NCBI GenBank assembly: GCA_963663765.2
Contig: CAXXUA010000003.1
Coordinates: forward strand, 128,001 to 192,000
DNA from: Candidatus Poribacteria bacterium
Lineage (GTDB): Bacteria > Poribacteria > WGA-4E > WGA-3G
Direction: 5' to 3'
DNA: 64,000 nucleotides
Shown here: positions 29,397 through 39,820 of the stretch, piece by piece
Layout: every line of letters starts with the position of its first letter
How positions within the stretch are numbered: the first letter of the stretch is position 1
Position numbers and translations under genes: made by a program
The notes under the pieces: generated by a model
Database searches by the model: none
What the model was told of the DNA's origin: nothing
Seen by the model: the letters and a program-made list of their open reading frames with translations, nothing else

Positions 29397-30449
29397 TTAT
29401 GTAGTTGCAGCGTGAGGATGAATCATAATTTTCATGCCCTTTCGGGATTCCATTGCTTCAAATGCCTTGTCAATTTCAATGAGTGGAAAATGATGTGTGA
29501 TCAGTGGTTGTACACGGACTAATCCTTTTTCAAGAAGTCGCACCGCTAACTCGTGGTGACGTGGCACACATCCATGCGAACCTGTAAGGAAACACTCCTT
29601 ATAGTGAATCGTGTTGGAAAGCACACTCATTGGTCGCATGTTTTTTGGCAATCCGCCGAACAGATTGACATACCCGCGGTGTGCTACCATTTCAACACCT
29701 TGTTCGTGTGCTTCAACGGACGCGCAAGTTGTGACAACAATATCCGGTCCCTCTCCATCGGTTTCTTCTCGGCAGCGTTCCACCACATCCTCCTCTTCTG
29801 AGGCGATATAGACATCTGCTTCGTAGAATTTCGCGATCTCCATGCGGAGTTTACTACGTTGTATACCAATAACTTTCGTCGCTCCCATCACGCGAGCAAG
29901 GTCTATCATCATACATCCGATCGGTCCCAATCCGATAATGACAACGGTCTTACCGAGAGACATATTGACTAATTCAAGTCCATTTATTGCACAAGCAAGG
30001 GGTTCAGCGAGGGCAGCTTCATCAAAACTGAGGGTGGTATCAAACGGGGTAACTGGTCCTTCTTCCAGAACCAATCGGGGGAGTTTCATATATTGTGCGA
30101 AAGCACCAGGAATTTGGTAACCGATAGCGTAGTTAATTTCACAGTTGTTGCCGAGTCCGTTCCGACACCAATGACATTGTCCACACGGTACATCTGCACC
30201 GATGGAGACGCGGTCACCTTCTTTCACACGTGTCACATTTTTACCGACTTTGACAATTACGCCTGAGTTTTCGTGTCCAATGATTGTTGGGGGTTTGACG
30301 CGGGGATTACCATGATGGAAAATGCGGACATCAGATCCACAAATACTGACTGCTTCAACACGCATCAATGCAGAGTCATTATCTATTTCCGGTTCCGGAA
30401 CATCTTGTACACTTAGTTTTTCAAGGCTTTCAAGTATAGCCGCTTTCAT
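29397..30449 (-). CDS. Zn-dependent sugar-alcohol dehydrogenase (MDR family)
   Basis: ICGSD, GHE, CGQCHWC...C and GLGPIG motifs. Confidence 0.9.
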   Translation of the reverse strand: MKAAILESLEKLSVQDVPEPEIDNDSALMRVEAVSICGSDVRIFHHGNPRVKPPTIIGHENSGVIVKVGKNVTRVKEGDRVSIGADVPCGQCHWCRNGLGNNCEINYAIGYQIPGAFAQYMKLPRLVLEEGPVTPFDTTLSFDEAALAEPLACAINGLELVNMSLGKTVVIIGLGPIGCMMIDLARVMGATKVIGIQRSKLRMEIAKFYEADVYIASEEEDVVERCREETDGEGPDIVVTTCASVEAHEQGVEMVAHRGYVNLFGGLPKNMRPMSVLSNTIHYKECFLTGSHGCVPRHHELAVRLLEKGLVRVQPLITHHFPLIEIDKAFEAMESRKGMKIMIHPHAATT

Positions 30450-30492
30450 AGTTTCCTTTGTTTATTGTTAGTGTCTAAAACCTGTTGTCTAT

Positions 30493-31581
30493 TTACGTTG
30501 GATGGATAAGCACTTTTGCGTAAAACTCGCTTTTTTCCTTCATCATGTGTAGTGTTTTTGTGCTATCTATTAACGGAACCTTGTGTGTAATCAGTGGTGA
30601 AAGATCCAAGTCACCAGATGCCATTGCATGAAGCACTGTTCTCCAGTCGTCATCGTTACCAGATATGCTAAAATCGGAATTCCATGTCCCTAACACGCGA
30701 ACCTCACGTCGCATCAATTGTGAAATAAGCGATGCAGGTAGGGTTACATCTGCATCAGGATTCCCAAGCAAAACAACACTACCACCACGGCGAACACTTC
30801 CTAACGCATGAAGATAAGTCTGTGGTACTCCCGCAGCTTCAATACAAATGTGTGCGCCTTTGCCTTCAGTCTGTGCGTTCACGACCTCAACTGGGTCTGC
30901 TAATATACTGTTAAAGACTCCATCAAAACCGATTTCTTTTGCTAACTCAAGCTTCTCCGTGACAATATCAAACAACAATACCTGTTCCGACCCCATTATT
31001 CTTGACCACTGTGCTACCATCAATCCAATTGGACCAGCACCGAAGATAGTAACTGTCTTGCCGACAAGCGAATCTTGCACTCTCCGTAGTGCGTGAAGTG
31101 CAACAGCAGCGGGTTCAGTCTGTGCTGCTTCTTCTAAAGAGACACTATCTGGTACGCGAATAATATTTTCCTGCGGTGCAACTACATATTCAGCAAAAGC
31201 ACCGTCACTTCGTGAACCGAGGTAGTCGTAATCGCTGCATTGGACATATTTTCCACCTTCACACGCTTCACACTTTCCACACCAGATCAGTGGAAAAACG
31301 ACCACATTATCACCGTCCGAGAAACCTTCAACACCTGATCCACTCTTGTCTATCGTCCCAGCAAATTCGTGTCCGCAGACAGTGGGAAAATTATAAGTGC
31401 CTTTAGAGAATATCCTTGGAATATCTGAACCGCAAACACCACAAAAACCAATTCGAACGCGGACCTGTCCTTCAGAGACGTTTGGAATGGGTATCTGTGC
31501 TAACCGTAAATCCCCAACATCATGCAGCACAAGTGCCTGCATCAGACTGTTATGCATCACACCCTCTTTTTGAAAGCCCAA
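30493..31581 (-). CDS. Galactitol-1-phosphate 5-dehydrogenase-like Zn-dependent dehydrogenase
   Basis: VCGSD, GHEFAG, CGKCEAC, YLGSRSDGAFAEY and GTWNS motifs. Confidence 0.85.
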   Translation of the reverse strand: MGFQKEGVMHNSLMQALVLHDVGDLRLAQIPIPNVSEGQVRVRIGFCGVCGSDIPRIFSKGTYNFPTVCGHEFAGTIDKSGSGVEGFSDGDNVVVFPLIWCGKCEACEGGKYVQCSDYDYLGSRSDGAFAEYVVAPQENIIRVPDSVSLEEAAQTEPAAVALHALRRVQDSLVGKTVTIFGAGPIGLMVAQWSRIMGSEQVLLFDIVTEKLELAKEIGFDGVFNSILADPVEVVNAQTEGKGAHICIEAAGVPQTYLHALGSVRRGGSVVLLGNPDADVTLPASLISQLMRREVRVLGTWNSDFSISGNDDDWRTVLHAMASGDLDLSPLITHKVPLIDSTKTLHMMKEKSEFYAKVLIHPT

Positions 31582-32281
31582 GTGAAATTGCCTGATGAAT
31601 CCGAGTTATACTTTCTGAACGAGAACCTGCTTTATGAAAAACGCTACTGCTGCCACCGACCAAGATGTTCGCCCCAGCTGCAACCATAAACGGGATATTT
31701 TCAAAACTGACGTTCCCATCAACTTCAATCGGGATGTTCACCCCGCGTTCATTCAAAAATGCCCGACAATCCGAAATCTTTTGTAGCGTCGCTGGGACCA
31801 TTCTCTGACCAGCAAAACCCGGATTGACCGTCATAATCAGCACAAAGTCGAGACGATCAATAACATACTCCATCGCGAAAAGCGGTGTCGCTGGGTTCAA
31901 AGCAACACCCGCTTTTATACCATGTGCTTGAATTTCCGATAAAGTTCTATCCAGATGTGTAGCAGATTCTGCATGTACAGCGATTTGTTGAACACCAATG
32001 TTTGCGACTGCTTCTACGAAAAAATCGTTATTTTCCACCATCAGGTGAATGTCAAAATCGCAATCAGTTTTTTGTCGTAATTGGTCAATGAGTGTCAATC
32101 CAATTGGCATATTTGGCACGAAGTGTGCGTCCATCAGGTCAAAATGTAGCAGGTCTATCCCCAATTCCTCCAACGCCCGTATGTCTGTTTCCAAATTACA
32201 GAGATCAGCACACATCACGGAGGGTGCTATGCGAATCTTTTCATCTGAGGTATTAGGGTGTTGACTCTCAGGAGTCGGCAA
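31550..32281 (-). CDS. rpe: Ribulose-phosphate 3-epimerase family (Rpe/AlsE-like)
   Basis: HFDLMDAHFVPN, DIHLMV, MTVNPGFAGQ and IEVDG motifs. Confidence 0.85.
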   Translation of the reverse strand: MPTPESQHPNTSDEKIRIAPSVMCADLCNLETDIRALEELGIDLLHFDLMDAHFVPNMPIGLTLIDQLRQKTDCDFDIHLMVENNDFFVEAVANIGVQQIAVHAESATHLDRTLSEIQAHGIKAGVALNPATPLFAMEYVIDRLDFVLIMTVNPGFAGQRMVPATLQKISDCRAFLNERGVNIPIEVDGNVSFENIPFMVAAGANILVGGSSSVFHKAGSRSESITRIHQAISLGLSKRGCDA

Positions 32282-32453
32282 GATATTTCTCCCAATCTAA
32301 TGTCGGTTTTTCTCAATTTAATATTATAACATGAAATACGCGAATTGTCAAATTTTGGGTTGGTTGTGTGTGTGAAGTTTTTGGCATGGTATCAATAGCG
32401 GTTGACGATGGTCTAGAGGATTTGGAAGTTTTTGGTATGGGTAAAGATTGTCA

Positions 32454-33599
32454 TTATGGATTATCATTTACATAATCATGTGCACCGTAGTGCCGTAGGA
32501 ATAAACCTTTTTTATCAACCTTACAGCTGACACGTCTGCCACCGTTGATACGAAAATGATCAATTTCACCAGAAATATTTTTATATCGTTCGTATTGCAG
32601 ACCACCATGTGTGCTAAGACCTGTTGTGGCACCATTATGCTTTACAAGCAAATAAGAAACCTTCGCTAATACATCTTGAAGTTTTAGATGTTCTTTGACA
32701 TCTTTCTCTTTACTGAAATCTTTGGCAAAAGTATCAGAATATATCAATTTTGGGAGAGGTAGCAGCTCATCCTTCAAAAAATCTGCTTTAGTCCGATTCC
32801 ATATCAGGGTTCCCCAAGCAGATAAACCTACAACAGTATTTCCGTTATCTGGCACTGGCTCAAGTAACGTTTCTGGAACACCTTCAAGTTTTTCTATAGA
32901 ATACATTTCACCAGCTGCCATCATTCTAAATTCTGTTAGATAATTTTGAATCATTGATGTGTCAATCTGAATTGGCAAGCGAGGAATTTTAATTAAATCG
33001 GTTGAACTTTCAAATATGTAGATCACTTCATCTGCATAGAATGCACCAAAGGTGTTCATATATCCCTGAAGACTTTTGAATCCTCCAACAAGGTTGAAGA
33101 TGACTTTATCATAATTGCTGGGAGGTTTTGGCACATAATCCTCTAACCACTTAATCAGTTCCTTCGTGCCATCTGCAAATACGTTAGTATCCTTAGTGGA
33201 AAGTCTTGGAGGGGTAAAAATGTTGACTGTAGCAAATCCATTGTTCGTCAAGAAGTTTTTTATGATTTCACCTGTCCGTTGGCCTTGTGCAGTGTCAGTG
33301 CAGATTAGATAGTGTTGGTCGTTACTCTTGCCAGGTAAGGATCCATCATATATTCCATATATCCCGTTTAATTCTGCACTTGCGTCTCTGTTTGTTTGCA
33401 CATCATTTTGACTAAGTTTTTCTTCTGTACGTTTAACCAGAGTATCTATTACAGATTTGGATTCATCGGATAGTTCATCCTCTTTCTGATTTGCAGACAT
33501 ACCGAGTATCTTTCCCCAGTTTTTCGCTTCGTCCTTATTTGATCTATTGATGGAATTTGTAAGGGTACTTGTTCCAATGGTTGACACGATAAAATGCAA
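32454..33599 (-). CDS. cami1: CRISPR-associated CARF (APE2256/CARF7-type)-wHTH-RelE effector, Cami1-like mRNA interferase
   Basis: CARF motifs IVSTIGTS, SAELNG, TDTAQG, NLVGGFKS and YIFE. RelE-like C-terminus LIYSDTFAKDF...HFRINGGRRVSC...LRHYGAHD. Lies directly after csm5 with an AGGAGG RBS. Confidence 0.75.
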   Translation of the reverse strand: MHFIVSTIGTSTLTNSINRSNKDEAKNWGKILGMSANQKEDELSDESKSVIDTLVKRTEEKLSQNDVQTNRDASAELNGIYGIYDGSLPGKSNDQHYLICTDTAQGQRTGEIIKNFLTNNGFATVNIFTPPRLSTKDTNVFADGTKELIKWLEDYVPKPPSNYDKVIFNLVGGFKSLQGYMNTFGAFYADEVIYIFESSTDLIKIPRLPIQIDTSMIQNYLTEFRMMAAGEMYSIEKLEGVPETLLEPVPDNGNTVVGLSAWGTLIWNRTKADFLKDELLPLPKLIYSDTFAKDFSKEKDVKEHLKLQDVLAKVSYLLVKHNGATTGLSTHGGLQYERYKNISGEIDHFRINGGRRVSCKVDKKGLFLRHYGAHDYVNDNP

Positions 33600-33627
33600 T
33601 TTTTAACCTCCTTTAACAGCAATGTGA

Positions 33628-34779
33628 TTATAACTCATCAACAGGTGAAATTTTAACCCAACCGAGTGGGGCAACAGGATTCTGTCCACGATATAAAATG
33701 CGGCGTGTTTTTGGGAATTCGCGTTCATCATAGTGACCACGTTGGGAACGACTTTCTCCCAGGCGAAAACGTTCGCGAAAATCCAACATGTCAATAGGTG
33801 CATCTTCTCCTTGTGTAAAAGACGAGGATACAGTGTTAGCATTATAACCTGTTCCCCATCCGATTTGTAACATAAACGCACCATCAGGAAGTTTACTGTT
33901 TGCCTCTATCAGTTTATCAAATAAATCAGCGATCTGTGTCAAGTTGTATCTGTCAAAAAAATCCTGTTCATCTTCCATAAGTATTGATGTTTCAGAGTGG
34001 CAAACATCAGCAATTTCTCGTAACGTATTTTCTTGTAGTTTACTAAACTGGAGTTTTGTTTTCTCGCGCTCATGAAAAAGTAGATCGTCAATTTTAAGGG
34101 TAAACGTTAAAGCCTTCATACCTTGTATAACCTCTACTCCATTATGATTCTTCTGGACAAGTTCGTTGTTTTGATCGAGTGTAACCGTCCATGCCATCTC
34201 AATCGCAAGTGCATCACTTTCAACGGGTTCAGTATCACTGATTTGTAATGCGCGTAGTAGATCGTGATTAGGGTCTTTTCCAAAAGCCATTTCTTCAATT
34301 TTCTTTGCGGGAGACTCATTACGTAGGTATGCGTGAGATCCTTTATTTATTTCTCTGTGTAGATGTTCTGAACTATCTTTTTTAAGTTTAGTATTTTCTT
34401 CATTATTGATCAGGTCCGATAGCAGTGCAGTGCGGAGTGCACCTTTGATACTACTACCGGGAATATAGGGACGGTTTCCAACGGATTTGATTGCCTCCCG
34501 AATGTCAGTTGTTTCTGGACTTTGCGCACATAGGAGACTATAGGTAGATAGGTCAGCAGCATTCATGTTGTGACGTGAGAAGTAATGGCTCCATCTGAAA
34601 TCGCGCCGCGACATTTCGGATGTTAATGCGTTGATGTCAACATCCGGATGTGCTAATACCTTGTCCAAATCAATGCGATACCATTTGTCGTTAGCGTAGT
34701 AACCATCAATATGGTTCAAAGTTTCACCTGAACCGATGTGCACAGGGGTGATGGTCTGAAGTTTATATTTTTGTTTCAT
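33628..34779 (-). CDS. csm5: Type III-A RAMP Csm5
   Basis: LQTITPVHIGSG, YIPGSSIKGALRTA, LQISD, LQIGWGTG and PLGWV motifs. ATGA overlap with csm4. Confidence 0.92.
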   Translation of the reverse strand: MKQKYKLQTITPVHIGSGETLNHIDGYYANDKWYRIDLDKVLAHPDVDINALTSEMSRRDFRWSHYFSRHNMNAADLSTYSLLCAQSPETTDIREAIKSVGNRPYIPGSSIKGALRTALLSDLINNEENTKLKKDSSEHLHREINKGSHAYLRNESPAKKIEEMAFGKDPNHDLLRALQISDTEPVESDALAIEMAWTVTLDQNNELVQKNHNGVEVIQGMKALTFTLKIDDLLFHEREKTKLQFSKLQENTLREIADVCHSETSILMEDEQDFFDRYNLTQIADLFDKLIEANSKLPDGAFMLQIGWGTGYNANTVSSSFTQGEDAPIDMLDFRERFRLGESRSQRGHYDEREFPKTRRILYRGQNPVAPLGWVKISPVDEL

Positions 34780-35816
34780 TCGGAAACTCCTTTGATACCG
34801 ACCTGCCACGCGTATCCGTAACGATAAACTGGATGTGCCCAATTATCTGGTCGTAAATCTACCAACCTGCCAACGGGTTTGTCAGATGAATTTAAAACAG
34901 AACCTTCAACGAACATATTGATCTGTTTTCTCCGTTTGTAGGTACCATGTGAACCCACCCATCCCGTTAATGGAGTTAGATTGTAAGCAATAACACCATC
35001 AATAAGATGTTCAAGTTGTTCTGGACACTTTGGACATATCGGTGAAAGCGTTACAAATTGGTCGCTATCTTCCACAGTCGGCAAATCAAGTTCTGCTGGA
35101 TTAAACTTAAACTGACCATATCCTGCATTGCGTTCTCCACCGATGCCGTTGTCTCCAAGCACTCGGAGTAGTGTTTCAATTTTGCGCTTTGTTTCATCAG
35201 AATCAAATTTCGCGGCGAACCAGAGTCCACAGCCTTTATTGAATTGGACGGTTTGAACGTGCCATATTTCGGAGCCAGCATTTTGTTCCCCGATTGTGAC
35301 ACGCGGACGGGTGCTTGTCTCCCAAATGATTGGCTCATTATCCATTGCATTTTTTAGTTGTTCTTTTTCATCTGCACTCACCCACACATTTTCACCGTTG
35401 ATCAGATTGTCTTTGTCAAAATCAGGTAATTCATTGGAGATAATCTTTTGAAAAATAGATTTAGAAATGAACCGTACCTTTTTTAGTTTTTTCTTTAGTT
35501 TGTCTGGGGTATCTTCATTCATGCGAAAAGTCAAGGGAATCGGATAGAAATGAACTTTATCGGCATACGGAAACGCAGAGGTTAACATAAACGGAAAAGT
35601 GTTACTGTCTTCTTTGTATGATTTGAGAAACTTTTTGAGACTCTCGGAATCATAAAAGGTTGACCACGTTTGGCAGATCGCTGAAAAGAGCGTATCTGCA
35701 GAGATATAGGTCTCTGTCTTCTCCAAACCGAGGCTGCCTGTTTGTGCTGCACCTGTGGCGCGCCCAAGATGTAACTGCGTTTTGAATTTAAATCGGTAAA
35801 CCTGATATATCCCCAT
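34776..35816 (-). CDS. csm4: Type III-A RAMP Csm4 (Cas5)
   Basis: LHLG, ISADTLFSA, TSAFP, GIGGERNAGYG and HPVYRYG motifs. Confidence 0.93.
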   Translation of the reverse strand: MGIYQVYRFKFKTQLHLGRATGAAQTGSLGLEKTETYISADTLFSAICQTWSTFYDSESLKKFLKSYKEDSNTFPFMLTSAFPYADKVHFYPIPLTFRMNEDTPDKLKKKLKKVRFISKSIFQKIISNELPDFDKDNLINGENVWVSADEKEQLKNAMDNEPIIWETSTRPRVTIGEQNAGSEIWHVQTVQFNKGCGLWFAAKFDSDETKRKIETLLRVLGDNGIGGERNAGYGQFKFNPAELDLPTVEDSDQFVTLSPICPKCPEQLEHLIDGVIAYNLTPLTGWVGSHGTYKRRKQINMFVEGSVLNSSDKPVGRLVDLRPDNWAHPVYRYGYAWQVGIKGVSE

Positions 35817-35823
35817 GATGCAC

Positions 35824-36639
35824 CTAACTACCTTTTATGGCGTTTAGTATTTCAGATGTGTAATCGGTTTCGCGTAACGTTGTAGTTTCTGTATCTGCTT
35901 TGATAGTAATGGGTTTTTCTGAAACGTCTTCATAGCATTTTCTTGATTTGAATGTCATCGTCAAGTTCTCAAATGCTATCTGTCCGGAGCCGCGAGAACC
36001 AGATCCTCCGAGGTAGTCATCTTCAAGGAGTTCCATGCCTTTTAGGACGGTGTCAAAACGTTTACACTCTTTCTCCATTTGATCTTCAGTGCTGTTATCT
36101 CTCGTATAAAGTCCATAGACTAATACCATAGGTCCAAAGGTAGCTCCTGCTGGGACGCGTTCGTTTTGCCGTGGGTTGGCTGCAGATGTAATTCTATCAA
36201 TAGATACCTCCCATTTTGCTTCAGTAAAAAGACTATCAGTTTCTGCTGCAGCCAGATACTCACTAGATTTTTCTGTCAAGAAAGTATCTCTGACGATTAG
36301 ACGTGTCGGCATCGTATCTTGTTTCAGTTTTTGCGGGGTTATTCCGAATACCTGACATACTGAACAATCCGCATAATCCGATGATTCTTCACATTCATGA
36401 ACTTGAACAGACCCACGACTGATTAAAAGATTGTTTTCATGTCGATCAAGTAACGACCTCATTTTACCTCGTAATGAAGATCCTGGTATATAAGGTTCAC
36501 GTGTAGTAGGATTTCGAATAACAGGGTTATCTATTCCACCGATGTCTAATGATTCGGCATTTCCACCAATATGCAATCCTGTTAGGGCATGAATTGTGCC
36601 TTTTAGAAAAATCTTACCTTGTAATTGAATACTTGTCAT
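35824..36639 (-). CDS. csm3: Type III-A Csm3 (Cas7) endoribonuclease
   Basis: TGLHIGG, IGGIDNPV (catalytic Asp present), YIPGSSLRGKMRS and LEDDYLGGSGSRGSG motifs. Confidence 0.95.
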   Translation of the reverse strand: MTSIQLQGKIFLKGTIHALTGLHIGGNAESLDIGGIDNPVIRNPTTREPYIPGSSLRGKMRSLLDRHENNLLISRGSVQVHECEESSDYADCSVCQVFGITPQKLKQDTMPTRLIVRDTFLTEKSSEYLAAAETDSLFTEAKWEVSIDRITSAANPRQNERVPAGATFGPMVLVYGLYTRDNSTEDQMEKECKRFDTVLKGMELLEDDYLGGSGSRGSGQIAFENLTMTFKSRKCYEDVSEKPITIKADTETTTLRETDYTSEILNAIKGS

Positions 36640-36650
36640 GTGATTCCTCC

Positions 36651-37247
<597 letters not shown>

Positions 37248-37256
37248 CTACCCGAT

Positions 37257-39575
37257 CTACGATTTCCTAATTTTTAATGCTGTCCATCTGGTAATGACAT
37301 GGATTAATTCCTCTCTAAATTTAGAAGATTCTTCGTGGTTAAGTTTCTGTTTTAATTCGTTTAGAAATGCTTTCTGTTCGTCATACTTGTATCTCTCTTG
37401 TAAGCGGTGGAGATAGTAGAGTGAACGCCATGCCCATCGGTGACCATCTAATTCTTTCGCAGAATAGATCTGAGGGAGTCGGGTGAGGATGTCGCGCGGT
37501 AGTTGGTCTTGACCTGTTAATACTTCCTTAAACTTTTCGTGCCATTTGCGCACTTTAGTGAACTCTTTCCACTTCATCGGCTGGCGTAAAAATGTTATGG
37601 CGTTCTTTTCATCGTCAATACCTTTTGCAGCTTTCTCTGCTTCTCCACTTCGTGCTGCGAATTGATAGAGGGGATATTTCATGTGTTCAATAGCAATACC
37701 GCCAGAAAGCGTGACGTGGTCACCAGTTACGAACTCTTGAAATTCGGAGCGTATCTTCTGGGCGATATCTGGTAATGCACTCCACCCACCGACAAGGAAT
37801 AGGTCATCACCGCCAGCGTAGATAAGTTCAAGTATTTCTTTGTCTTTATCTTCATTATGTTCTTTACAAATCTGCGGAACGTATCCTTCAAAAAAGAGCC
37901 GCATTTCTCTGCTTAAGGTCGCATGACGCGAGATAGTTGCGTTCTCAAGTTTATTTTTGAACACGCCTCCGAGGTCATCAACATCCATCCGTAATGCACC
38001 AAGCCAATGCACGCCTTCTGATGCTTCAGCGAGGTAGTTGTAATCTGCATTTTCACCTTTATCATCTTTAGCAATTATAGGATGGAAAATTCGGAAATCG
38101 TAACTCATTTCAGAATTTTCTGTCAGAGGGTTTTTCATGACATTATCGTTGAGAAAATCTGTGTTGCCTAACCGGTAGACGACTGCATGTTTCTTCAGTC
38201 CCTTTTCAACTTTTTCACAGACCTGAATATCCAATCCAAACGCCCTTATTGCCTTCTGCCATTTTGGTATTTTCTGGTCTTGGGTGTGTGATTCGTTTGT
38301 GACTTCAGTCGCAATCATATACTTTGCATTCCGCAATTTCTTACCGAGTTCAATAAAGTTCCACTGATCGTTATCATTTTCATCCTGATTGTCATGATAT
38401 GGTACAAAGAGTTTTTGGAACATATCATCATTTTCCAACTCCGACCATTTTTGCTGTTTTCTCTCATTTACCTTTTTTGAAACGTCATCCCACTTTTTTG
38501 AAAAATTATTACTTGTAAAGTCGCGTGCTTTTATGGAGATACCCGCTAACATGCAGGAAATATCGCCTCTATGAAGTTCCCACAACTTTTCAGATATCTG
38601 TTTACGGAGTGTATCTAACTTCTCTTTTGCTGCGGTATCGGGAGCAAGAATAAAGAAGTGTCCACCACTGGCGAGTATTAGGTTGGTGATGGGTAGGTCA
38701 AATTGTTTCAGCACCCAGTGTGCAATTACCTCCGTGAGTAGCTGCAGATAGAAAGAACGCCCCCGCAACTGGTTGGATGCACCATCAGATTGGATATGAT
38801 ATAGAAAGTTCTGAATACCTGAAATATCGCCTTTGATAAGCGCGCTTATGTTGAGCTCAGAATCATTTGGGTTGTCAAGTATTTTGTCAATTTCATCAGT
38901 ATTGGTAAGTTCGTGTCCAATACACGCTGCAATTGCCGCTGTTGTGCGGAGATGGTCATAAAGTGAAATGTCTGGTATCGTTTTTTCACCGCTCTTCTTC
39001 CAAGGTGTCGCGGATGGCATGCACGAGGTGTATTTGTGAAGGAGTGCGACTATCGTTTGATAATGTGCTGCTGGTGTGTATGTTTCCTCTTCCGTTGCTA
39101 TTCCAAAATCCTTGATGAAATCTCTCCACAATGATTCATAATCTTTTTGACCAACTTCTACGTTTTCTGATGGTCCTGGAATGATGGTGTCTCGGTCAAA
39201 GTTGAGTGCTGTGAGTTTGTAGCGATACTCCTTGTCTTTATCTGCGCCTATGAGGCGTGAAAGAATAGAAACGAGTGGGGAACGGACAAAATCCTCTGCT
39301 TCTCTCTTTTCATCTTCGCGTTCTGTAGCAGAGAGTCGGTCTGCTAAAATCACCTGTTTTTCTATGAGATTTTGAAGTTGATCCGGTTTGTGATGGTGAT
39401 TTCGGATGGCGTTTTTGAAGGTATCATCACAAGTTGAGAAGAAATCGCCAAAATTTTCAGTGACGAATGCGTAACTATGTTCTTGATGTTTTTTGTAGCG
39501 GTCAGATGCACGCTGACGAAATTTACCGATGTCGTGTAGTAACGCTGCGAGATGTAAAATGTCATGTTTATTCAA
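37257..39575 (-). CDS. cas10: Cas10/Csm1 with HD nuclease and GGDD cyclase motif
   Basis: LAALLHDIGKF, ADRLSA, SLYDHL, GDISGIQ, RMDVDDLG and YAGGDDLF motifs. Confidence 0.96.
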   Translation of the reverse strand: MNKHDILHLAALLHDIGKFRQRASDRYKKHQEHSYAFVTENFGDFFSTCDDTFKNAIRNHHHKPDQLQNLIEKQVILADRLSATEREDEKREAEDFVRSPLVSILSRLIGADKDKEYRYKLTALNFDRDTIIPGPSENVEVGQKDYESLWRDFIKDFGIATEEETYTPAAHYQTIVALLHKYTSCMPSATPWKKSGEKTIPDISLYDHLRTTAAIAACIGHELTNTDEIDKILDNPNDSELNISALIKGDISGIQNFLYHIQSDGASNQLRGRSFYLQLLTEVIAHWVLKQFDLPITNLILASGGHFFILAPDTAAKEKLDTLRKQISEKLWELHRGDISCMLAGISIKARDFTSNNFSKKWDDVSKKVNERKQQKWSELENDDMFQKLFVPYHDNQDENDNDQWNFIELGKKLRNAKYMIATEVTNESHTQDQKIPKWQKAIRAFGLDIQVCEKVEKGLKKHAVVYRLGNTDFLNDNVMKNPLTENSEMSYDFRIFHPIIAKDDKGENADYNYLAEASEGVHWLGALRMDVDDLGGVFKNKLENATISRHATLSREMRLFFEGYVPQICKEHNEDKDKEILELIYAGGDDLFLVGGWSALPDIAQKIRSEFQEFVTGDHVTLSGGIAIEHMKYPLYQFAARSGEAEKAAKGIDDEKNAITFLRQPMKWKEFTKVRKWHEKFKEVLTGQDQLPRDILTRLPQIYSAKELDGHRWAWRSLYYLHRLQERYKYDEQKAFLNELKQKLNHEESSKFREELIHVITRWTALKIRKS

Positions 39576-39820
39576 TAGTATCTAACCTTGTAGTATCAGT
39601 TTGTGGTATAGAAATTTGATTAATTACCTTATTAAAAACAATTCTATATTCATGCAATCACAAATCAAAATAGCAGGTTCTATTATGACATATTCAACGA
39701 CATTAAGTCAATCATTTATTTGTCCGTTGATGCCAAAAAACCATCAATAGATCCATTATAATTAACCTTATACCACTAAGACACTCCACAACTATTCTTG
39801 CTTAAATATATCTCCACATA

